Shown here: piece by piece, positions 36,589 through 46,179 of the stretch
Layout of the letters: each line of letters opens with the position of its first letter
Position numbering within the stretch: the first letter of the stretch is position 1
NCBI GenBank assembly: GCA_036565725.1
Contig: DATCXQ010000925.1
Coordinates: forward strand, 2,594 to 66,593
Reading direction: 5' to 3'
DNA: 64,000 bases
DNA from: Blastocatellia bacterium
GTDB taxonomy: Bacteria > Acidobacteriota > Blastocatellia > RBC074
Program-made: the position numbers and the translations under genes
Notes under the pieces: generated by a model
Seen by the model: the letters and a program-made list of their open reading frames with translations, nothing else
Told to the model about the DNA's origin: nothing
Database searches by the model: none

Positions 36589-39048
36589 ATGTCGGATAAT
36601 CGTCAAAATCTTGAACTGGCTCCCATAGCGAATCTCCCTACACATTTCCCACACAATTACCCCGAACCGCCGCAATCTGGCGGGAGCGGCGGTGGAAGCG
36701 AGGCGCTGCTCGCCCGGCTGCGCGAATGGCAACGGATAATCTACCGACACAAATGGCTGATTCTTTCCTTCATTCTGATAGCCCTTCCCCTGGCCACAAT
36801 TCAAGCGTATCGGGCCAAGCCGATTTACCAGGCGACGACGACTATCGAGGTCAGGCCCGAGACCAGCTCATTATCGAAGTCAGGAGACGTCGTCGTTGTC
36901 GGGTCGAATGACAACACCAAGGCCGAAATCGTCATCATTAGGAGTCAGCCGGTCGTCAGGCAGACGATTACGAATTTGAATCTCGATAAGAACCCGCGCT
37001 TTTTGGACGTGACTACGAAAAGGTCTCTTCTAGAAGCGCTCATGTCGCTTAAAGGCGCCCAGCCCGAGCGGGAAAAGAAACTCGCCCAGGAAGCCGCTAA
37101 ACAAAGCGCCAATAATGCGGGCGCCGGCGAAATGAAGACCAACGGCCCTGAACATGGCGGAACCGTCGCCGATCTAGCTGAAAACCCTCATAACGCGGAG
37201 GCCGAACGCAAAAGGCTGGGGCCTTACATCCAGACCTTGCTCGATAATTTGAACGTAGAGGGATTGCGAGACACACGGCTGATCAAAATATCTTTCAGGC
37301 ATACTGATCCGGAAATCGCCGCCGCCGTGGCCGACGGCATCGCTTACAATTTCATGCAGTATAACTTCCAGGGAAAGACCGAACGTTTCAGAAGCGCCTC
37401 GGACTGGCTTGAAAAGTCCACGCAAAAGCTCAGGGCCCAGGTCGAGAAGGCGGAGCAGAAACTGGTCGACTACAGCAAAGAGAATAACATCTTCTCACTT
37501 GAAGGAAAGGAAAACCTGACGGCTGAAAAGCTGACGAAAATGCACGAGCAGGTCATGCGCGCAGAGTTCGACCGGATCGTTAAACAATCACTGTATGAAG
37601 AGGTGAAAGTAGGCCGCGGCGCGCAATTGCCCGAAGCGTTTGCCGACCCCAAAACCGCAGAGGTGAGGAAGTCCCTCAACGACCTGGCCGTGGAAGCCTC
37701 GCGACTGAGCGTCAAGTTCGGAGCGAAACATTTTAGCGTGCAGGAGATCCAGAAAAAAATGGCCACCCTCCAGGAGCAGATAAAAGGGAGCCAGTCAATG
37801 TTGGATGACAGGCTCAGGGCGGATTATGAACGGGCGGTCCGCGACGAGGCGAATCTCAGGAACGAGCTAGAGATCGCCAAGGGCGAAGCCGTGCAGCAGA
37901 ACCAGGCGTCCATCCAATACAGCGTCCTGCAGCAGGATTTGGAAACCGCCAAAGCGCTCTACACTGATTTTCTCAACAAAACCAGTCAGGCCGACATTCA
38001 ACGCGCGGAACAATTCAACAACGTCCGTTTGATCGAATCGGCGGAGACGCCCGGCGGGCCGGTCGGGCCGAACCGCAGCCAAACGATCCTACTCGCTTTC
38101 GTCGTCAGCCTCGGCATGGGCGTAGGCCTGGCCTACCTTATGGAGAACATGAACACCACCGTCAGGAATGTTGAAGACGTCAACCGCTTTACTCAACTAC
38201 CCGTGCTGGGCGTCATTCCGATTTTGACCGAGGCCCTTCCTGACGGGAAGCGCAGCGGCATACGGAGTATTGAACTGCGGGCCGCGACTATGAAAGACGT
38301 CAATGATTCATTTGAACTGCTCGGTGACGTTTCGGACAAGCCGGTACTCGCCGATTCGATGAAGGTGTTTTCGGCCGCCGCCGAGGCGTATCGAATGCTC
38401 AGGACCTCAATCCTTCTTTCCACGGCGGGACATCCGCCCAAAACCTTGATGGTCACCAGCGGACAGCCGGGCGATGGTAAAACCACTACTGTTTTTAATA
38501 TCGCTCTTGCTCTGACTCAGTTGAAGGCTGAAGTATTGGTCGTGGATTGCGACATGCGCAAACCCAGAATCCATAAGATGCTACAACTGCAGAAGGGCGA
38601 AGGCTTATCCACCCTCCTGGCGAGCGGCGGCGATCCTGATAAGTTCATCTATCGAACCCCTGTGCGTGGACTATCGGTCCTCCCCTGTGGTTATGTGCCC
38701 CCCAACCCTTCCGAACTTATCAGTTCGGGAAGCATGAAAGAGGTGCTGCGCTCGCTGAGTGAGCGTTTCGATTATGTCATCATAGACGCGCCGCCGATGA
38801 TCAGCGTAAGCGACCCGATAATCCTTTCGACCCTCGTAGACGGCGTAATCCTCGTGGTCAAGAGCGGAGAAAGCAAGGGCGAGTCGGTGCGCCGCGCATC
38901 TCAGGACCTTTCCTCCGTGGGGGCCAGAGTCCTCGGAGTCGCTCTTAATAACCTCAATATTCGTAAGGACGGCTATGATTATTACCGCAACTATCGCCAA
39001 TATGTCGATTACATCGACCGTGACCCGAGAATCCGCGTGGAGGAATAA
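36589..39048 (+). CDS. Polysaccharide co-polymerase / tyrosine autokinase (Wzc-like, PCP-2a)
   Basis: 819 aa with an N-terminal Wzz/GumC-like domain, coiled-coil region and two TM segments. The C-terminal BY-kinase has Walker A (TSGQPGDGKTTT), Walker A' (VLVVDCDMRKP) and Walker B (VIIDAPP). It ends in a Tyr cluster, DGYDYYRNYRQYVDYIDRD. Confidence 0.9.
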   Translation: MSDNRQNLELAPIANLPTHFPHNYPEPPQSGGSGGGSEALLARLREWQRIIYRHKWLILSFILIALPLATIQAYRAKPIYQATTTIEVRPETSSLSKSGDVVVVGSNDNTKAEIVIIRSQPVVRQTITNLNLDKNPRFLDVTTKRSLLEALMSLKGAQPEREKKLAQEAAKQSANNAGAGEMKTNGPEHGGTVADLAENPHNAEAERKRLGPYIQTLLDNLNVEGLRDTRLIKISFRHTDPEIAAAVADGIAYNFMQYNFQGKTERFRSASDWLEKSTQKLRAQVEKAEQKLVDYSKENNIFSLEGKENLTAEKLTKMHEQVMRAEFDRIVKQSLYEEVKVGRGAQLPEAFADPKTAEVRKSLNDLAVEASRLSVKFGAKHFSVQEIQKKMATLQEQIKGSQSMLDDRLRADYERAVRDEANLRNELEIAKGEAVQQNQASIQYSVLQQDLETAKALYTDFLNKTSQADIQRAEQFNNVRLIESAETPGGPVGPNRSQTILLAFVVSLGMGVGLAYLMENMNTTVRNVEDVNRFTQLPVLGVIPILTEALPDGKRSGIRSIELRAATMKDVNDSFELLGDVSDKPVLADSMKVFSAAAEAYRMLRTSILLSTAGHPPKTLMVTSGQPGDGKTTTVFNIALALTQLKAEVLVVDCDMRKPRIHKMLQLQKGEGLSTLLASGGDPDKFIYRTPVRGLSVLPCGYVPPNPSELISSGSMKEVLRSLSERFDYVIIDAPPMISVSDPIILSTLVDGVILVVKSGESKGESVRRASQDLSSVGARVLGVALNNLNIRKDGYDYYRNYRQYVDYIDRDPRIRVEE

Positions 39049-39052
39049 ATAG

Positions 39053-39808
39053 ATGAAAAATGGAGAGCATATGAACTCGATGTTTAGTCCGCTCGCCGTC
39101 ATTGAGGCTGATAGTATAGGCGAAAATGTGTTGATTCGCGAGTACGCGATAGTCCGCCGCGGGGCGGTAATAGGGAATAACGTCGTCATACACCCTTTCG
39201 TAATCATCGAAGACGGGGTCAGGATCGGCGACGACGTGGAGATCTTTCCGTCGGCGTATCTCGGTAAGCCGCCTCGCGGGGTCGGCGCGATGACCCGGCC
39301 GATGAACTTTACGGCCAAGGTGGACGTGGGAACCGGCTGCGTCATCGGCCCGAACGCCGTGATCTATTACGACGTCGAGATAGGCAATCACACTTTGATC
39401 AGCGACGGCGCGTCGATCAGAGAACAGAGTAAAATCGGCTCCCGCTGCATTATCGGAAGATACGTGACGGTAAATTACGCTACTTTGATCGGCGATAACG
39501 TGAAAGTGCAAGACCACACCTGGTTGGCGGGGAACATGCGAATCGGCGACAGGGTGTTCATCAGCGGTGGCGTGACTACGGCCAATGATAATTTGATGGG
39601 CGCCTCAGGTTACGACGAGGAGAGCATCGTCGGCCCGACGATTGAAAACGGCGTGAGGATCGGAGCGGGCGCAATAATCTTACCTAAAGTGAGAGTCGGA
39701 GAAAATGCGCTGATCGCCGCCGGAGCGGTCGTGACCAAAGACGCGCCGCCGGGGCAAACCGCCAAAGGAATACCGGCAAGATTTATAAAGAATAAAGATG
39801 CGACCTAG
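39053..39808 (+). CDS. Left-handed beta-helix (hexapeptide-repeat) acyl/acetyltransferase
   Basis: Repeated [LIV]G-x4 hexapeptides run throughout (VIGNNVVI, RIGDDVEI, IGNHTLI, IGDNVKV, RIGDRVFI, RIGAGAII). The start could be 39053 or 39071. Confidence 0.8.
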   Translation: MKNGEHMNSMFSPLAVIEADSIGENVLIREYAIVRRGAVIGNNVVIHPFVIIEDGVRIGDDVEIFPSAYLGKPPRGVGAMTRPMNFTAKVDVGTGCVIGPNAVIYYDVEIGNHTLISDGASIREQSKIGSRCIIGRYVTVNYATLIGDNVKVQDHTWLAGNMRIGDRVFISGGVTTANDNLMGASGYDEESIVGPTIENGVRIGAGAIILPKVRVGENALIAAGAVVTKDAPPGQTAKGIPARFIKNKDAT

Positions 39809-39873
39809 TTGATTCGAGCCCCATCTTTCTGCTCCACCTTCATCCCCCGACCCATTTAGCAATCTGCCTTGCA

Positions 39874-40737
39874 ATGCAAGAACAAACTATTATCCCCACT
39901 AAGGCGGAGTCTGAGCGTTTCGACCTTTTGATCGAAGCCGGGCGCGGCGCCAAGAACTACTGGCGCGACCTTTGGCGTTATCGCGAGTTGTTCTACTTCC
40001 TGGCGTGGCGTGACATCCTGGTGCGATACAAACAGACCGCGATCGGCATAGCCTGGGCGCTCGTCCGGCCCTTTCTGACGATGCTGGTCTTCACATTCAT
40101 CTTTAGCAGGGTGGCCAAGCTCCCGGCCCCCGGCTCTGTCCCGTACGCCTTGCTCGTCTTCGCCGCCATGCTCCCGTGGCAGTTCTTTTCGACTGCGCTT
40201 AGCGAGGCGAGTAACAGTCTGATCGGAAACTCCAACTTGATCTCCAAAGTCTATTTCCCGCGACTGATCGTGCCGGCGGGTTCGGTCATCACCAGTTTCG
40301 TGGATTTCCTGATTACGCTGGGGTTGATGGCGGGAATGATGGTCTGGTACCGCTTCCTGCCGGACTGGCGGCTGTTGACGCTTCCGTTGTTTATGGCGCT
40401 CGCCTTCGGGTCCGCCTTCGGCGCAGGGCTTTGGTTATGCGCTCTGAACGTTCGCTACCGCGATTTTCGCTACATCGTTCCCTTTATCGTGCAGTTCGGC
40501 CTTTACCTTTCTCCGGTCGGCTTCAGCAGTAATATCGTACCCGAAGGCATGCGGTTAATTTACGCGCTCAACCCGATGGTCGGCGTCATTGACGGATTCC
40601 GCTGGGCGTTGCTGCGAGGGCAATCGCCGTTGGCGGGCTACGCATTAATCGCATCCATACTCGTCACGTCAGTTTTATGTCTGTCAGGGATCTGGTATTT
40701 CCGCCGTACTGAGAAGACATTTGCGGACATCATCTGA
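39874..40737 (+). CDS. wzm: ABC-2 type polysaccharide/O-antigen export permease
   Basis: 287 aa with six TM helices. The N-terminal YRELFYFLAWRDILVRYKQTAIGIAWALVRPF motif is typical of Wzm/TagG/KpsM permeases. Confidence 0.9.
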   Translation: MQEQTIIPTKAESERFDLLIEAGRGAKNYWRDLWRYRELFYFLAWRDILVRYKQTAIGIAWALVRPFLTMLVFTFIFSRVAKLPAPGSVPYALLVFAAMLPWQFFSTALSEASNSLIGNSNLISKVYFPRLIVPAGSVITSFVDFLITLGLMAGMMVWYRFLPDWRLLTLPLFMALAFGSAFGAGLWLCALNVRYRDFRYIVPFIVQFGLYLSPVGFSSNIVPEGMRLIYALNPMVGVIDGFRWALLRGQSPLAGYALIASILVTSVLCLSGIWYFRRTEKTFADII

Positions 40738-40747
40738 AGAAAATCGA

Positions 40748-41995
40748 ATGTCTGATGTAGTTATAAGAGCCGAAGCCCTCGGTAAGAGATACCGAATCTC
40801 CCATCGACGCGAGCGGCAGGCTGACGGCTCTCCGTATGACAGTTCCCCGAAACACGAGGATTTTTGGGCGCTGAGAGACGTGTCCTTCGAGGTCAAGCAG
40901 GGCGAGGCGCTGGGAATCATCGGCCGAAACGGCGCCGGTAAATCGACCCTGCTCAAGCTCCTGAGCCGCATTACGGAGCCTACCGAGGGCAGGGCCCGCA
41001 TCCGCGGCCGCGTCGCCAGCCTGCTCGAAGTCGGCACAGGCTTCCACCCCGAATTGACAGGGCGCGAAAACATCTACCTCAACGGCTCCATCCTCGGGAT
41101 GTCCAAGGCCGAGATCAGGAAGAAGTTCGACGAGATCGTTTCTTTCGCCGAGATCGCGCAGTTCCTCGACACGCCCGTGAAGCGCTACAGCAGCGGGATG
41201 TACGTTAGGCTGGCCTTCTCGGTGGCTGCGCACGTGGAACCCGAGATACTGGTGGTGGACGAGGTGTTGGCAGTGGGCGACGTGGCGTTCCAGAGGAAGT
41301 GCATGGACTACATGAAGAGACTGGCGCGGAGCGGCATCACCATCATCCTGGTTTCGCACGACCTGTTCGCCGTCAAGACGATGTGCCGCCGCGTACTGGC
41401 GCTGTCGGCCGGAAGACTCAAGTTCGACGGCTTGCCCGCCGAGGGCATTGACCTCTACGAAAAGGATTCCCGATTGGAGGCCGATCCGTGGGCGGCGGGA
41501 ATAATCGGAGAAGACATTGACCAATGGCCGATCATCATCCGTTTCGTGGAGTTGCTTGACGCGGATGGCTCCCCGCGCACGGTCTACGATTACGGCGAGC
41601 GAATGCGCGTGCGGATACATTATGAGTCGCGCAAGCCCGTCAGACACCCCAACTTCTATCTTGGAATACGGCGGCCAGACAATGTCGTGTGCTGCAGCTA
41701 TAGCGCGGCGCGAGACGGCGTCACTGTCCCTTCCCTCGATGGAAGCGGAGTAATCGAATTGCTAACGCCGCCGCTCCGGTTGGTCTCGGACCTATACAGC
41801 ACTTATGCCGGGGTTTGGGATCGTGAATTCAAAAACCTCTACTGCGGACAGATCGGGCCAAATTTCCATGTCCGCGACGAGGTGCTCAATCAACACTTCG
41901 GCGTTTTCCACGTGCCAGGCGAATGGCGCTGGGGCGTCAACGGACATAAAAATGTGGGACAGACTTTATTCCGTCCGGCAGCCGGGGCGGACTGA
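40748..41995 (+). CDS. wzt: Polysaccharide export ABC ATPase with a C-terminal carbohydrate-binding (Wzt_C-like) domain, copy 1
   Basis: Contains Walker A (GRNGAGKSTLLK), the signature YSSGMYVRLAF and Walker B (ILVVDEVLAVGD). About 170 aa of beta-rich extension follow. Start chosen at MSDVVIRAEALGKRY, 11 nt after the wzm stop. Confidence 0.9.
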   Translation: MSDVVIRAEALGKRYRISHRRERQADGSPYDSSPKHEDFWALRDVSFEVKQGEALGIIGRNGAGKSTLLKLLSRITEPTEGRARIRGRVASLLEVGTGFHPELTGRENIYLNGSILGMSKAEIRKKFDEIVSFAEIAQFLDTPVKRYSSGMYVRLAFSVAAHVEPEILVVDEVLAVGDVAFQRKCMDYMKRLARSGITIILVSHDLFAVKTMCRRVLALSAGRLKFDGLPAEGIDLYEKDSRLEADPWAAGIIGEDIDQWPIIIRFVELLDADGSPRTVYDYGERMRVRIHYESRKPVRHPNFYLGIRRPDNVVCCSYSAARDGVTVPSLDGSGVIELLTPPLRLVSDLYSTYAGVWDREFKNLYCGQIGPNFHVRDEVLNQHFGVFHVPGEWRWGVNGHKNVGQTLFRPAAGAD

Positions 41996-42065
41996 AACCC
42001 ATCCCGTATTTTCCGCAGAAACCTTCAGGTCACGTTGCGACGCCCTGAAACAATGGAAATCAGGC

Positions 42066-42129
42066 GGCGCCCCCGCGTCTCGCGGGCAGGTCTTGCGGTG
42101 AAGCCTGCCCGCGAGGACGCGGGGGCGCC
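42066..42129. repeat. GC-rich hairpin repeat inside the co-directional locus (possible attenuator or terminator)
   Basis: ggcgcccccgcgtctcgcgggcagg (42066-42090) pairs with cctgcccgcgaggacgcgggggcgcc (ending at 42129), with one bulged base. It lies between wzt copy 1 and the oxidoreductase gene. Confidence 0.75.
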
Positions 42130-42150
42130 ATTTTCCGAGGAGAAATAAAA

Positions 42151-43158
42151 GTGGTTGGAATTGCCGTTGTCGGCTATGGATATTGGGGGCCGAACCTGGC
42201 CCGGAACTTCGCGGAGACAGAAGGGGCCGCGGTGGTGATGTGTTGTGATTCCGATCCGCGGCGACTCGCTCTCGCTCAGAAGCGATTCCCTGCCCTGATC
42301 TGCGCTACCGATTTTGATGATGCGCTACGAAACCCGGACGTCAACGCCGTCGCCATCGCCACGCCGGTACACACGCACTACGAGTTGGCCAAACGCGCCA
42401 TCAAGGCAGGCAAACATGTCCTGGTAGAAAAGCCGCTGACGGCGCGCGTGGATCATGCGGAGGAGTTGGTCACGCTGGCGGAGAAGAACGGCGTGGTCCT
42501 CATGGTCGATCACGTCTTCGTTTACAGCCCTCCTGTGCTGAAGATGAAAGAGCTGGTGACGCAAGGGAGGCTCGGCAACCTGTTTTTCATTGACAGCGTT
42601 CGCATCAACCTTGGGCTGTTCCAGCACGACGTCAACGTGGTATGGGACCTCGCGCCGCATGACCTTTCGATCGTGGACTACCTGGTGGAGCGGCTGCCGG
42701 TCTCACTCTCGGCGTATGGCGGCATACATGCCGATCACGAGATCGAAGACGTCGCCTACCTTAACCTCGATTACGGCGCCGGCCTGATCGCCAATTTCCA
42801 CGTCAACTGGCTCTCGCCGGTCAAGGTTCGCCAGATGATCATCGGCGGGAGCGAACGCAGCCTTATTTATAACGACCTGGATGTAGACGAGAAGATCAAA
42901 GTCTACGACCGCGGTATCGAGGTCGGCGAGGATTTGGAGCAGCGGCGCAAGACGCTGATCAGCTATCGCAGCGGTGACGTCTGGGCGCCGAACCTGGCCA
43001 CACGCGAGCCCCTGTCGCGAATGGCCGAGCATTTCGTCACGTGCGTTAAGACCGGCCAGCGGCCGGTGTCTGACGGCAAGTCCGGATTGCGCATCGTCAA
43101 AATCCTCGACGCGGCGCAGCGCGGCATTAAATCCCTGAATGGACGGGTGAACATCTGA
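42151..43158 (+). CDS. Gfo/Idh/MocA-family sugar-nucleotide oxidoreductase (WbpB/GnnA-like)
   Basis: GTG start. It has the Rossmann motif IAVVGYGYWGPNLARN and the EKPL motif (HVLVEKPLTA). 335 aa. Confidence 0.85.
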   Translation: MVGIAVVGYGYWGPNLARNFAETEGAAVVMCCDSDPRRLALAQKRFPALICATDFDDALRNPDVNAVAIATPVHTHYELAKRAIKAGKHVLVEKPLTARVDHAEELVTLAEKNGVVLMVDHVFVYSPPVLKMKELVTQGRLGNLFFIDSVRINLGLFQHDVNVVWDLAPHDLSIVDYLVERLPVSLSAYGGIHADHEIEDVAYLNLDYGAGLIANFHVNWLSPVKVRQMIIGGSERSLIYNDLDVDEKIKVYDRGIEVGEDLEQRRKTLISYRSGDVWAPNLATREPLSRMAEHFVTCVKTGQRPVSDGKSGLRIVKILDAAQRGIKSLNGRVNI

Positions 43159-43160
43159 TC

Positions 43161-44189
43161 ATGAATTTACGCGACAAAACAGTTCTGATTACCGGCGGGT
43201 GTGGGCTGATCGGCTCTCACATCGCCGACCAGCTCATCCGCGACGAGCGGGTCGGGATGGTCATAATACTGGATAACCTCAGTCGCGGGACGCTCCATAA
43301 CATTGAATGGGCTCGGCGACATGGCAATATCGAGTTGGCGCAAAAGGACATCCGCAGCTTCGACGATATCAGGCCATATTTCGATGATGTCGACGTGGTC
43401 TTTCACCTGGCCGCCATCCGAATAACCGCCTGCGCGGCCCAGCCTCGCGAGTGCCTGGAGGTGATGATTGACGGTACTTACAACGTTGTCGAGGCTTGTG
43501 TGAAAGCCGGCGTAAAACGACTGGTGGCTTCCAGTTCGGCGTCGGTTTACGGGGCCGCCGACAGCTACCCGACTACCGAGGAGCATCACCCTTACAACAA
43601 CCGCACCTGGTACGGCGCCGCCAAATTGGCAAACGAAGGTCTGTATCGCTCCTTCAACGACATGTTCGGCCTGCCTTACGTCGCGCTGCGTTACTTCAAC
43701 GTCTACGGCCCGCGAATGGACGTGTTCGGGAAATATACCGAGGTTCTCATTCGCTGGCTCGACTGTCTTGACCGGGGCGAGCGCCCGAAGATTTTCGGAG
43801 ACGGCCAGACCTCAATGGACTTCGTCTACGTAGAGGACGTCGCCCGCGCCAACATCCTCGCCGCCAAGAGCGATGTGGTGGACGAAGTCTTCAATGTCGC
43901 CTCAGGCGCTGAGACGACGCTGTTGGAATTATTGCAAACGCTGCTGAAAGTTACCGGGAGGACCGACGTTCAGCCCGAGTTCCTGCCCGAACGCGCAATC
44001 AACCCAGTTCCCCGCCGACTTGCCGACATAAGCAACGCGGAAAAAAAATTGGGCTTCCTCGCCCGGGTCGAGGTGGAAGAAGGTCTACGCAGGCTCGTCG
44101 AGTGGCGCAGGCAGGTCATCTCAAACCATCAATACGACGATTACGCCGTGGATACAACGGCGGCTGCGGCCGCGGAAGCGAGTTCTTAA
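43161..44189 (+). CDS. NAD-dependent sugar-nucleotide epimerase/dehydratase (extended SDR)
   Basis: Contains VLITGGCGLIGSHIADQL, SSASVYG and YGAAKLANE (YxxxK). 342 aa. Confidence 0.9.
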   Translation: MNLRDKTVLITGGCGLIGSHIADQLIRDERVGMVIILDNLSRGTLHNIEWARRHGNIELAQKDIRSFDDIRPYFDDVDVVFHLAAIRITACAAQPRECLEVMIDGTYNVVEACVKAGVKRLVASSSASVYGAADSYPTTEEHHPYNNRTWYGAAKLANEGLYRSFNDMFGLPYVALRYFNVYGPRMDVFGKYTEVLIRWLDCLDRGERPKIFGDGQTSMDFVYVEDVARANILAAKSDVVDEVFNVASGAETTLLELLQTLLKVTGRTDVQPEFLPERAINPVPRRLADISNAEKKLGFLARVEVEEGLRRLVEWRRQVISNHQYDDYAVDTTAAAAAEASS

Positions 44190-44191
44190 CG

Positions 44192-45322
44192 ATGATCCCG
44201 ATTACCAAACCAGTAATGGGCGACGAGGAACTGGAGCGCGTCCGGGAAGTCATTGAAAGTGGCTGGCTAACCCAGGGGCCGCGCGTGGCGGAATTCGAGC
44301 GCCTTGTCGCGGAATACGTCGGCGCCCAATACGCCGTGGCCTGCAGCAGTTGCACTACCGCGCTGCACCTGGCGTTACTCGCCCTCGGCGTCGGGCCGGG
44401 CGATGAAGTGATTGTGCCCTCGCTCAGCTTCATCGCCACTGCGAACGCCGTCCGATATGTGGGCGCGACGCCCGTATTCGCCGAGGTGGACTTGCGCACA
44501 TACAATCTTGACCCCGCCGACGTCGAGCGGCGCGTCAACTCACGCACTAAGGCGATAATGGTCGTTCACCAGATAGGACTGCCGGCTGACATTGACGCCT
44601 TCCTCGAAATCGGCCGCAGACATAACCTGAGGGTTTTTGAGGACGCCGCGTGCGCGCTCGGTTCGCGTTACAAGGACAGGGCGGTTGGGGCGCGCACGGA
44701 GATGGCCTGTTTCTCCTTCCATCCCCGTAAAGTTATTTGCACGGGCGACGGCGGAATGATCACTACAAACAATCCGGAATACGCCGAGCGTCTCAGATTA
44801 CTCCGGCAGCATGGGATGAACGTCTCGGACACGGCGCGGCATAACGCCCGCAATGTGATAATTGAGGAATATCCGGTCGTGGGCTACAACTACCGGCTCA
44901 CCGATCTGCAGGCGGCCGTCGGCATCGAACAGATGAAACGCCTCGATTACCTGGTGAGTCGCAGAGTGGAATTGGCGATGCGATACTACCGCCTCTTGTC
45001 AGAATATCAGTGGCTGCTGCCCCCTTATGTCCCGCCCTACGCCGATCCGAACTTCCAGTCCTTCGCCATCTCGCTCGACGATGACTGCGCCGTTACGCGA
45101 GACGGCGTGTGGCAAACATTACTGGACAACGGAGTGGCGGCAAAGCGTGGGATCATGGCTATTCACCGAGAGCGTTCTTACACTGAAACCTACGGCCATC
45201 AACCCTTGCCCGTGACGGAGAAGGCCAGTGACAGTTCATTGCTTCTGCCGCTTTATCCACAAATGACCGAGGCTGAACAGGATCACGTCGTGGCGGCGCT
45301 TGGAAAAGCGCTTCGCTCGTAG
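44192..45322 (+). CDS. DegT/DnrJ/EryC1/StrS-family sugar aminotransferase (WbpE-like)
   Basis: The start at MIPITKPVMGDEE lies 2 nt after the upstream stop; the ORF-track extension from 44102 overlaps the upstream gene. Contains SCTTALHLAL and FSFHPRKVICTGDGGM (PLP-lysine region). Confidence 0.9.
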   Translation: MIPITKPVMGDEELERVREVIESGWLTQGPRVAEFERLVAEYVGAQYAVACSSCTTALHLALLALGVGPGDEVIVPSLSFIATANAVRYVGATPVFAEVDLRTYNLDPADVERRVNSRTKAIMVVHQIGLPADIDAFLEIGRRHNLRVFEDAACALGSRYKDRAVGARTEMACFSFHPRKVICTGDGGMITTNNPEYAERLRLLRQHGMNVSDTARHNARNVIIEEYPVVGYNYRLTDLQAAVGIEQMKRLDYLVSRRVELAMRYYRLLSEYQWLLPPYVPPYADPNFQSFAISLDDDCAVTRDGVWQTLLDNGVAAKRGIMAIHRERSYTETYGHQPLPVTEKASDSSLLLPLYPQMTEAEQDHVVAALGKALRS

Positions 45323-45328
45323 AAAGTT

Positions 45329-46039
45329 ATGACTGAAAAACTTGAACCGGGTGTTGAAAGTCGCGAGGAACATTCCGTAGTTAGAGCCGTCCACGGATTG
45401 CGGGAATCGGCGCCGGACCCGGAATTCCAGATTGAACTAGCAGAGCACTTGCGCGGCAAGTACGACCGCGCAGGTCTGCTCGAACTTTACGCGCGCTTTG
45501 CGCTGGGGGACGGCGACTTCGACACGTTGATGAGGCGAGCGATATGGCGCGCGCTGGCGCGCCGAGTCGGACACGGGCTTAGCGTTGGCAGCGGCGTCGG
45601 TTTTAAACACATGGAGACCCTCGAAGTCGGCGACGGGGTTTTCATTGGCGCTCAGACCTATATACAGGGACGGATCAACGGCCGGTGTGTCATCGGCGAT
45701 CACGTGTGGATCGGCCCGCAATCCTATTTCGACGCCCGTGACCTGATTGTGGAGGAGTACGTCGGTTGGGGGCCGGGGGCTAAAGTCCTGGGTTCGACCC
45801 ACGTCGGGACGCCAATTGAGATTCCGATCATCCAAACAGACCTTGAAATCAAACAAGTCAAGGTCGAGGCCTGGGCCGACATCGGCGTAAACGCCGTAAT
45901 CCTGCCCGGCGTAACAATCGGAAAGGGAAGCATAGTCGGGGCCGGCGCGGTAGTGACTGAAGACGTGCCTCCATTCGCTATTGTGGCCGGCGTCCCCGCC
46001 AGGTTTTTGCGCTGGCGAGAAGGACATCATAACGGCTAG
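45329..46039 (+). CDS. Hexapeptide-repeat acetyltransferase (WbpD-like)
   Basis: The C-terminal LbH repeats (VIGDHVWIG, DIGVNAVILPGVTIGKGSIVGAGAVV) end in the typical VAGVPARFLR. Confidence 0.8.
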   Translation: MTEKLEPGVESREEHSVVRAVHGLRESAPDPEFQIELAEHLRGKYDRAGLLELYARFALGDGDFDTLMRRAIWRALARRVGHGLSVGSGVGFKHMETLEVGDGVFIGAQTYIQGRINGRCVIGDHVWIGPQSYFDARDLIVEEYVGWGPGAKVLGSTHVGTPIEIPIIQTDLEIKQVKVEAWADIGVNAVILPGVTIGKGSIVGAGAVVTEDVPPFAIVAGVPARFLRWREGHHNG

Positions 46040-46085
46040 CGGCGGGACAGGCTTATGGTTGACGAAAAATCAATGTGACGACAAG

Positions 46086-46152
46086 TGTGGCGCGATTTGT
46101 TTAATCGCGCCGCTTCGGCCGAGGGCAGCGCGATTAAACAAATCGCGCCACA
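46086..46152. repeat. Perfect 25-bp-stem hairpin sharing the family A core
   Basis: tgtggcgcgatttgtttaatcgcgc (46086-46110) is the exact reverse complement of gcgcgattaaacaaatcgcgccaca (46128-46152). The GCGATTTGTTTAATCGC core equals that of 841-860 and 25090-25109. Confidence 0.9.
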
Positions 46153-46179
46153 GCATATGTTCCACTGAAAAGTGAAAGC

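Noticed and set aside
40730-41647. 305-aa minus-strand ORF across wzt copy 1. The analogous ORFs 48122-48472 and 48492-48821 cross copy 2.
   Set aside because: These are shadow ORFs of an ABC ATPase with unambiguous Walker and signature motifs on the plus strand.
41805-42101. 98-aa ORF ending in GGAPASRGQVLR
   Set aside because: It is an out-of-frame overlap with the wzt C-terminus, and its tail is the translation of the GC-rich hairpin.
44102-44191. Upstream extension of the DegT aminotransferase ORF (start at 44102)
   Set aside because: The extension overlaps the 3' end of the epimerase gene in another frame and encodes Arg/Gly-rich sequence. The ATG at 44192 gives the canonical MIPITKP N-terminus.
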